This document shows positions 32,423-38,298 of a stretch of DNA of 38,298 nucleotides, in pieces (position 1 is the stretch's first letter; every line of letters begins with the position of its first letter). The stretch spans positions 1 to 38,298 of IMG/VR virus record IMGVR_UViG_3300040801_000896. One strand, written 5' to 3'. A program made the translations under genes and the position numbers. The notes under the pieces are model-generated. The model ran no database searches, was not told where the DNA came from, and worked only from the letters and a program-made list of their open reading frames with translations. Source of the DNA: a virus.

Positions 32423-33232
32423 TCACCCAATGTTGAATTTCTTGTTGATGGCGGCTTCCATGACCTTGATTGCCGCTTCCCCGGTCTCGTCAACCAACTC
32501 CCGGGACATCAACCGCCCATGTGCCTTCAAGATGGCATCATAAGATTCTTGGGAGAGGAAGGGCTTTTCCTTCCCTTCGGACTTCGCAACGGTCTTGGCG
32601 GTTGCCTTGGTCTTGCCCTCTGCCTTGGCGGTTGTGACTGCCTCTTCAACCTTCTTGGTAAGGTCCTTCCCGTTTCCATGTTCCCGGCTCATCTTGAGCA
32701 ATTGGGAAGAGGACATTTCCCCGGCAAAAACCTTCTTTTTCGCTTCCACCGGGAGGGCATACACGGCAAGGCAGTTCTGAACATGGGTTCCGCTCTTGCC
32801 GGTCTTGGTGGCGATTTCTTCCACAAACCAACCGTAGTTGATGAGGCGTTGAAAGACTTCCCCTTGCTCAATCTGATTGAGGGGTTCCCCGTCATTGGAA
32901 ACAATGAGGTCAAGGGCAAGGGCTTCCTCTGACATGCGGACCGCAAGGACCGGAACGGCTTTGATTTCAACCCCCTCTTCAAGGAGTTCCCGGACCGCAA
33001 GCAAGCGGCGGTGACCGGCAACAATATAAAAGACCTCCTTGCCGTCTTCCTTTTCCGTCCGGACGGTCAAAGGGGTTTTCACCCCGTTTGCCTTGATGGA
33101 AGCCTTGAGGGAAAGGAACTTCTCCCCGGCTTGGTCAATATGCCGGACGTTGTAACCCGGGTCAATTTCAAGGAATGACGGGGGAACCATTTGAAGGTCT
33201 TTGCGTCCGATTTTGATGTCTTTGAGGCTCAT
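32423..33232 (-). CDS. ParB/Srx N-terminal domain protein
   Basis: FLEIDPGYNVR and YIVAGHRRLLAVREL match the ParB-box/GxRR motif. 269 aa. No ParA partner is present. Confidence 0.75.
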   Translation of the reverse strand: MSLKDIKIGRKDLQMVPPSFLEIDPGYNVRHIDQAGEKFLSLKASIKANGVKTPLTVRTEKEDGKEVFYIVAGHRRLLAVRELLEEGVEIKAVPVLAVRMSEEALALDLIVSNDGEPLNQIEQGEVFQRLINYGWFVEEIATKTGKSGTHVQNCLAVYALPVEAKKKVFAGEMSSSQLLKMSREHGNGKDLTKKVEEAVTTAKAEGKTKATAKTVAKSEGKEKPFLSQESYDAILKAHGRLMSRELVDETGEAAIKVMEAAINKKFNIG

Positions 33233-33270
33233 ATTTCTGTGTTTGATTTCTGAATACAGGTTAAAAAAGA

Positions 33271-33621
33271 TCAGTGAAGATGAGGTTTCACGAAAACCTT
33301 ATGTTCTTGGGTAATGGGGTCCCAAGAAATGGCTTCCACCCGGGAAATCCGCATCCCCACCCGGTAACCGTAAACCCCGTTGTGAAGTTGAATGACCTTG
33401 GCCCCGGCGGGGAGAAGGTGGAAAGTCCGGGAAGTCTCTTTGACAAGGGCTTCCTGTCCGTTGACGAAAGCCGGGCGAACTGCCGCCCGTTGGGACTCAA
33501 TAGTTGGGTATGGGTTCATATTCTCTTTGGAATAGGTTGGGAGGTCCCCGAAGATTTCCCGGAGGTTGGGGGTTTTCCCCCCTTGGGAAAAAGCGGGGTG
33601 GTTTGTGAGGTCCTTACTCAT
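33271..33621 (-). CDS. Hypothetical protein, 116 aa
   Basis: Clean ORF in the early arm. No family recognised. Confidence 0.55.
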   Translation of the reverse strand: MSKDLTNHPAFSQGGKTPNLREIFGDLPTYSKENMNPYPTIESQRAAVRPAFVNGQEALVKETSRTFHLLPAGAKVIQLHNGVYGYRVGMRISRVEAISWDPITQEHKVFVKPHLH

Positions 33622-33624
33622 GTT

Positions 33625-33855
33625 TCAAAGGTATGGGTTGAAGGAGAGGATTTGCTTGTCTGAATGGGTCCGCTCTTTGGCGGGGGTATCAATGGCCCGA
33701 AGGTTGGGGAGGACCCAAGTTTGGACATAAAGCCGGACGGCTTCCTTGTGTTCATTGGCAACCCCGCAAGTGGAGTCCGGGGCGGTTGAAATGAGGGCTT
33801 CAAGTTTCTTGATGGATTCCTTGAGGGCCCGGGATTCTTCTTTGGTCATGCTCAT
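33625..33855 (-). CDS. Hypothetical protein, 76 aa (ORF-track start 33936)
   Basis: The ATG at 33855 overlaps the upstream TGA (ATGA). MSMTKEESRALKESIKKLEALIS... Confidence 0.5.
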   Translation of the reverse strand: MSMTKEESRALKESIKKLEALISTAPDSTCGVANEHKEAVRLYVQTWVLPNLRAIDTPAKERTHSDKQILSFNPYL

Positions 33856-34295
33856 TGATTGATTTTGTGGAGGTTGTGGGAAAGCCGCCGTTTGGCTTCC
33901 TTGCGAAGGGTGGGGACGGCAAAAGGATTGACCCAAGAGCCAAAACGCTTGTTGAGGCGGTCAAGGATGGGCCCGGCGGAATCATAATCAAGGAAAGGGG
34001 CAACATCCCGCCCAACAGACCAATCCGCCCCGGCAACATCCCATTTGGCTTCCATACCCAAGACATATTCAAGGAGGGAAATTTCTTGTGGGACCAAGCC
34101 CATGGATTGGGCAATGTCTTCCCGTTCCATGGCAAGTTCGATGGGCTCAAAACCTCCCCGGGCTTCAAACCAAGCTTGGGGCATTGCCGGGAGCTTTTCC
34201 ACTTCTTCAAGTTGGGAAAGAATCTCCCGTTGGTTGGCAACCATGGTTTCCCGTTCTTTGCGGGTCACCTTGTAAATGAATGAATTCTTGGGCAT
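33852..34295 (-). CDS. Hypothetical protein, 147 aa (ATG 34295; ORF-track start 34463 runs through the promoter-like module)
   Basis: MPKNSFIYKVTRKERETMVANQ... The start lies 7 nt after module C. Confidence 0.6.
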   Translation of the reverse strand: MPKNSFIYKVTRKERETMVANQREILSQLEEVEKLPAMPQAWFEARGGFEPIELAMEREDIAQSMGLVPQEISLLEYVLGMEAKWDVAGADWSVGRDVAPFLDYDSAGPILDRLNKRFGSWVNPFAVPTLRKEAKRRLSHNLHKINQ

Positions 34296-34331
34296 GGTTT
34301 GAAACAAAAACCTTTTTTCGTTTCCGGTCAA
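34296..34331 (-). promoter_or_regulatory. Promoter/operator-like module C: TTGACC-17 nt-TTTGTT-7 nt-ATG
   Basis: Minus-strand reading is TTGACC GGAAACGAAAAAAGGTT TTTGTT TCAAACC ATG. Confidence 0.6.
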
Positions 34332-34357
34332 GTCCTCTTTTTCAAAAAGTTTCTTTT

Positions 34358-34555
34358 TCAGAAACCAAGAGCCCGGCGGGTCCTCAACTTCTTTTGCAAC
34401 CGGGCTTCCGCTTGGAACCCCCACTTGAAAGAAGATTGCTTCTCCCTGTCCGCCCAAGGGCATTGGGACAGGGTTTTACCCTCCCGGTAATACCTCCGCC
34501 CCAAGCGTTCACACTCCCGGGCAACCCGGTCTTCTTCTTTGGTTTTGAATCTCAT
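34358..34555 (-). CDS. Rmf/CrpP-like small protein, 65 aa
   Basis: RLGRRYYREGKTLSQCPWADREKQSSFKWGFQAEA resembles the G-Y-x-x-G...C-P-Y/W...W-x-x-G-W/F core of ribosome modulation factor / CrpP-fold proteins. Confidence 0.45.
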   Translation of the reverse strand: MRFKTKEEDRVARECERLGRRYYREGKTLSQCPWADREKQSSFKWGFQAEARLQKKLRTRRALGF

Positions 34556-34563
34556 TTGTCCTT

Positions 34564-37230
34564 TCAGTTTCCAAGGAGGCGGTCCGCCCCATTGGCGGCG
34601 GCAACCTTCAAGCGTTGTTCAAGAATCTTCACAAGGTCCAAGCCCTCCAAGCCCCCTTCAAGATGGGCCCAAAGGACGTGGCGTTCCCCACCCAAGCTCA
34701 CCCGGTCTTGACGGCGGAACCCAAGGTCCCGGAGGACCCCGGCAACCCGTTGGGGGGTATGTTGGACCCGCCCTTCATTTTCAATACGGTGAAGGAGGGC
34801 GGAGGCGGAAAGAAGGTCCGGTTGGATGAGGGGGAAGGACGGGTCCTCCAAGAACTCCCGGACTACCGCTTCCAACTCATTCATGGTTTCCGTTTGCATT
34901 TCTTCATGATATGGGGTCAACGGGGCAGGACCATTGACCGGGAATTCGGAATCAATTTTCCAATTTTCAAAGAAATGGCGGAGTCCGGCGGCTTGGGTTT
35001 CCAACATCCGGTAAAGCCTTTCAAAATACTTCTTGCCCCCCAAGGCGGCAACTTGGGTCTTGGTCTGTAATGGACTTTTCAATACCATGAACCGGCGGTC
35101 CCCGGCGGAGAGGGCCAAGGCGTCATGGTGGTTGGTGAAGAGGATATAATTTGAGACATTCTCAACCGTCCTTTGGTTCCGGTTCCGTTCGGAAATGGAA
35201 ATGACTTTGTTGGTAATGAGGGGCTTCATTTTGTTCATGACCTCATGACGGTTTTTGCCCGTGACCCGGATTTCCTCCAAGGTCACAAGTTGGTAACCAA
35301 AGGCCCATTCATTCCAGTTTTGGAAGACGGCGGAGGGGTCAACAACGTTGACATGCCGGGCCCCAAGAATTGCCGCCATAGCATCCGAAAGGAAGGTCTT
35401 GCCACAACCCTCCCCGCCTTGAAGGAGGACCGCCCAACGGACCTTTTGCCCGGGGAATTGGACAAGGTAGGCCAACCAATCCATCAAGATTGCCCGGAAG
35501 GACTCTTCCGCAATCAGGTTCCCCATATGCTCCATGAAGAGGGCCCCGGCTTCCTCCGCTTCCTCCGGGTCCGGCTCCGGGTAGGTCCGGGCGTAAATGT
35601 TGACGCAAGTTTTCCCTTCCACCGGGACAAAAACTTCCCCGGGCAACCGGGGGTCATAAACGTAATCATGGGCGGTTGGAATCTTCACGTTGTTCAAGAT
35701 GAACTTGGAAGGCTCAACAATGGACTTGGAGAGGGCGGCAACAGAGTTGGCTTGCCCGGATTGCTCAAGCTGTTCTTCGGTGGGGAGAAGGTATCTTCCA
35801 AACTTTGCGTCAACGGCGGCGGCCCCCAACCGCTCCCCGGTTGACGGGCGGAAGAATTCATTGGGGGCGGCAACGTAGCAAAACCCCTTGGCCCAATTGG
35901 GGACCCGGGTTGATTCCTTCTCCTTTGCCTTGAGCCGGGCGGCTTCAAGGTTGGCCCGGGAAATTTTAATTTCCTTCCGCAAGTCTGTAATGGAAATCTT
36001 GTTTTCAAAGTTCTCCTTGGAGACCCGGACAACCTCATTGAGTAACCCCACTTCCTCCAACTTGGACAAGAGGGGGGTTGCCACAATCCGCCCCACTGAC
36101 TCATTGAGAAGTTGGGACAGGGTGGGACAGTTCCGAATCCAAGCCCGGATTGCCCGGAAGCAAACTTGTTTGATGGGTCCATCATTCCACCCGGAGAGGG
36201 CGGCACGATGGAAGAGGGAGCGGATGGTCACCGGGACCCGCCCAATGGGAGTGGGCTTCAAGCTTGCCCATTTGGCGGCGGTATCGTCCGGGCCAACATA
36301 TTTGTCCCCCTTGGCGGACCAACTATCAAAGAGGGCGGCGGCTTCCTCGGATTCCTCCCCCCGGGGGAATTGGTGGCGGAGGGCGGCAGCAACCTCCAAC
36401 CAATCCCGGTAAGAAAGGTCCGGGTCAACGTGTTCAAGGGCTTCCTCCGCTTGGGCAAGGGTGATTTCATCCACCGGGGCCCGGAGGAATTCCAAGGCTT
36501 CCCCGGAATAGTCAATCCCGGCTTCCGTTGCCCCTCCTTGGCCATTTCTTGAGAAACCCGGGTTCTCTTCCCCATCGGTCCCGGCAAAGTCCTTGAGACG
36601 CAACGGGGCGGCATCCGTCCGGCTTGCAAGCATGGGGTGATCCAACTCCGGGACGGTCCCGGCAAAAATGGTTGGCCGGAACATAGCTTGGACCACAACC
36701 CCACTTTCCGGGGTGACGTTTGGGAGCCCAATCAACTTGGCAATGTAAAGGACCGCCTCCCGGTAATGGCCCGGGGCAAACCCGTCCGCCTCCACCATGA
36801 CCCGCAAGCGGGGGTTCTCCGGGGTGGATTGGGCGGTTTCATAAAGGACAAAATTCAACCCTTCAAGTTGGTCATAAAGGGTGTCCGGATTGTTGAAATA
36901 GGGAGCCGCCGGACGGGCAACAATCTTGGTCTTCTCCTTATTGTAAACCGTATCAATATCAAGGAAGACCAAGGAGACGGCAACCGCATTGGCGGTAATC
37001 CGCCGGGCAGGGGAAGCGTTGAACCGGGCGGGGGTCAAGTAGGGAACAATCTTCCGTTTGTTCCTCTCCTTCTCCGGGAGGGCCAAGAATTGGGCTTTGG
37101 TCAAGTTGAGCGGGACCGCAACGTTGAAGCATTGGTCAACCAAGGTTTTGAAATCCCGGGCGGGGAGGGCTTGGACTTCTCCAAGTTGGGAGGCGGACCC
37201 CCCAAAAAATGGGTTTGATGGGTTGTTCAT
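34564..37230 (-). CDS. Bifunctional primase-polymerase (AEP) with PriCT and a VirE/D5-type P-loop helicase
   Basis: AEP motif LVFLDIDT. PriCT-like YRDWLEVAAALRHQF...LFDSWSAKGDKY. Walker A LLQGGEGCGKTF. 888 aa. Confidence 0.85.
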   Translation of the reverse strand: MNNPSNPFFGGSASQLGEVQALPARDFKTLVDQCFNVAVPLNLTKAQFLALPEKERNKRKIVPYLTPARFNASPARRITANAVAVSLVFLDIDTVYNKEKTKIVARPAAPYFNNPDTLYDQLEGLNFVLYETAQSTPENPRLRVMVEADGFAPGHYREAVLYIAKLIGLPNVTPESGVVVQAMFRPTIFAGTVPELDHPMLASRTDAAPLRLKDFAGTDGEENPGFSRNGQGGATEAGIDYSGEALEFLRAPVDEITLAQAEEALEHVDPDLSYRDWLEVAAALRHQFPRGEESEEAAALFDSWSAKGDKYVGPDDTAAKWASLKPTPIGRVPVTIRSLFHRAALSGWNDGPIKQVCFRAIRAWIRNCPTLSQLLNESVGRIVATPLLSKLEEVGLLNEVVRVSKENFENKISITDLRKEIKISRANLEAARLKAKEKESTRVPNWAKGFCYVAAPNEFFRPSTGERLGAAAVDAKFGRYLLPTEEQLEQSGQANSVAALSKSIVEPSKFILNNVKIPTAHDYVYDPRLPGEVFVPVEGKTCVNIYARTYPEPDPEEAEEAGALFMEHMGNLIAEESFRAILMDWLAYLVQFPGQKVRWAVLLQGGEGCGKTFLSDAMAAILGARHVNVVDPSAVFQNWNEWAFGYQLVTLEEIRVTGKNRHEVMNKMKPLITNKVISISERNRNQRTVENVSNYILFTNHHDALALSAGDRRFMVLKSPLQTKTQVAALGGKKYFERLYRMLETQAAGLRHFFENWKIDSEFPVNGPAPLTPYHEEMQTETMNELEAVVREFLEDPSFPLIQPDLLSASALLHRIENEGRVQHTPQRVAGVLRDLGFRRQDRVSLGGERHVLWAHLEGGLEGLDLVKILEQRLKVAAANGADRLLGN

Positions 37231-37243
37231 GTTTGGGGGGTCC

Positions 37244-37666
37244 CTACTTGTTGGGGCGGATGGTCATTCCGTCTTCAATGTTGAGGGGGTCCCCTACAAC
37301 TTGGGCAACTTCAAGAAGGTTCTCCGGGGAATTGTTGGTCCTGTTCCCGTCTTGATGAATAATCTTCTTCCCCTGTTCAACATGCCTCCCCCGGGAAATG
37401 GTGAAGGCAATGTCCTCCGCAAGGAGAAGAGTTCCCCGGAAACGGACCCGGATTCCATTTGTGAACCCCCGCTTGCGGTCAACATGGAGGGCCCCGGCTT
37501 CCATCCCGGGTTTAATCCGGGGGGCGGGGGATTTGGCCCAACACAAGACCCCATCTTCAAGGGAGAAGAAATCTTGCAATATTTGGATGGAGTGGGAATG
37601 GGTCCCGGGAATCCGGTATCGTTCCGGGTTTGTGACCCAATCCTTGGGGGTAGGTTTTTCAGCCAT
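37244..37666 (-). CDS. HNH endonuclease
   Basis: IIHQDGNRTNNSPENLLEV is the H-x-D-G-N-x-x-N-N-x-x-x-N-L signature. It is the first gene of the leftward arm and borders the non-coding region upstream of terS. Confidence 0.8.
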   Translation of the reverse strand: MAEKPTPKDWVTNPERYRIPGTHSHSIQILQDFFSLEDGVLCWAKSPAPRIKPGMEAGALHVDRKRGFTNGIRVRFRGTLLLAEDIAFTISRGRHVEQGKKIIHQDGNRTNNSPENLLEVAQVVGDPLNIEDGMTIRPNK

Positions 37667-37702
37667 TGGGGGGAGGATTCAAAAGGGGCAGGATTTGGTC
37701 AA
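37667..37702 (-). promoter_or_regulatory. Putative leftward early promoter: TTGACC-17 nt-AATCCT-7 nt-ATG
   Basis: Minus-strand reading is TTGACC AAATCCTGCCCCTTTTG AATCCT CCCCCCA ATG (HNH start). Confidence 0.45.
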
Positions 37703-37856
37703 TAGTAAATATTATGGACTTTGAAAAAAAAAGGGGGTGGGAAATATTCCCCAAAAGCGTTAGTGAGGGTTACCCCCCAAACACCGTTAGGGGCAAATAA
37801 AACTAAATTTTTGAAGATAACTTCATAACTTGTTTACAGTGTATGGGATAGCGTTT

Positions 37857-38064
37857 GCCTGATAGTATGCCTGATTGATAACGTGGTAAGGAATCAGGCA
37901 GGTTGAAACCCGCTTAAACATTGGGATTGGGGGCTGCTGCCTGATTACCTGATAAGTTGGGGTTTAATATATATAGCAATTTTAGAAATAAAAATATGTA
38001 AAAGGCAAAAAATTTCCGCTACCGGGAGCCACCTAGAGAAGCCTATCAGGTAAGGTAATCGGGC
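37857..38064. repeat. Iteron-like (G/A)CCTGAT(T/A) array flanking an AT-rich core (candidate origin or packaging-recognition region)
   Basis: Direct copies at 37857-64, 37869-76, 37939-46 and 37947-54. Inverted copies at 37892-99, 38044-51 and (one mismatch) 38057-64. A 10-bp inverted repeat TTACCTGATA (37945-54 / 38044-53) brackets an AT-rich stretch of about 89 nt. Confidence 0.7.
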
Positions 38065-38113
38065 AGGGGAGAAAACAAAATTTTTGCCTTTATCTCGAAA
38101 AGGGGCTTTTGGT

Positions 38114-38180
38114 GGCATGGTCCAAGGTCAGGTTTTCCCGGGACCTCTTGGGGGGGGGAAGGCATGGTCTTTTCCGGGGC
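38114..38180 (+). repeat. Direct repeats GGCATGGTC(N)TTTTCC(C)GGG (x2) flanking a G9 run, upstream of terS
   Basis: GGCATGGTC at 38114-38122 and 38161-38169, each followed by ttttcccggg / ttttccgggg. G9 at 38150-38158. Confidence 0.6.
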
Positions 38181-38181
38181 A

Positions 38182-38298
38182 AAAATTCCGGGGTTGCAAA
38201 AGCAAGGGGAAAACCTTGGAGTTTCCCAAGATGGTTTTGAATGAAAGGCAATTGAAGTATTGCAAACTCCGGGCCCTTGGTGACTCGGACGGTAACAC
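38182..38298. repeat. Terminal direct repeat, copy 2 (identical to 1-117)
   Basis: Same 117 nt as the window start. Confidence 0.95.

Noticed and set aside
37857-38064. The inverted repeats could be an attP site or mobile-element ends.
   Set aside because: No integrase, transposase or recombinase is encoded. An origin, packaging or regulatory role fits better.
37700-38180. A tRNA, CRISPR array or small ORF in the large non-coding region.
   Set aside because: No cloverleaf-compatible stems, no regularly spaced identical repeats of CRISPR length, and no ORF of 60 aa or more in the track.
1-38298. Possible alternative genetic code (stop-codon reassignment), given the odd codon usage.
   Set aside because: All hallmark genes (terL, portal, capsid, tape measure, polymerase, primase) are full length and uninterrupted under the standard code.

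Overview
The window is a complete tailed-phage genome of about 38.18 kb. Positions 1-117 are repeated exactly at 38182-38298, so the sequence closes on itself as a circular assembly, a circular permutation or a short direct terminal repeat. The gene set is that of a siphovirus: major tail protein, a frameshifted tail chaperone and a tape measure are present, and there is no sheath.

The genome has two convergent arms.
- **Rightward late arm (35-23690):** small and large terminase, portal, a MuF-like head-morphogenesis protein with an extra HExxH domain, scaffold, major capsid, connector and tail-completion genes, major tail, G/GT-type chaperone, tape measure, two paralogous small tail proteins, two fibre-like genes, a lipoprotein/membrane trio, then DUF1833-like, NlpC/P60 and J-like tip genes.
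- **Leftward early arm (37666-23691):** HNH, AEP primase with VirE-type helicase, an Rmf/CrpP-like protein, a run of small coupled ORFs, ParB-like protein, DUF2800-type PD-(D/E)XK nuclease, DUF2815-type SSB, a zinc-ribbon protein, family A DNA polymerase, VRR-NUC and SNF2 helicase.
- **Non-coding region (37667-38214):** about 0.5 kb, AT-rich, and carrying iterated CTGAT(T/A) motifs.

I found no integrase, repressor, tRNA, CRISPR array, methyltransferase, canonical endolysin or canonical holin. The host cannot be named from sequence alone. Lipoprotein signals suggest a diderm, and start contexts are poor in Shine-Dalgarno sequences.

The observations most worth follow-up are:
1. A near-identical 34-36 bp promoter/operator-like module occurs three times, each ending 5-7 nt before a minus-strand ATG. 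Two of these copies drive opposite-strand cassettes embedded in the structural operon.
2. Two lipoproteins and one membrane protein sit between the fibre genes and the tip genes.
3. The MuF-like protein is fused to a zincin-like domain.
4. The whole genome has a strong doubled-base oligonucleotide signature that leaves all six frames poor in stops. The fibre module departs from this signature.
5. The non-coding region has an iteron/AT-rich architecture.

All functional calls rest on motifs and synteny read by eye. No database search was run.
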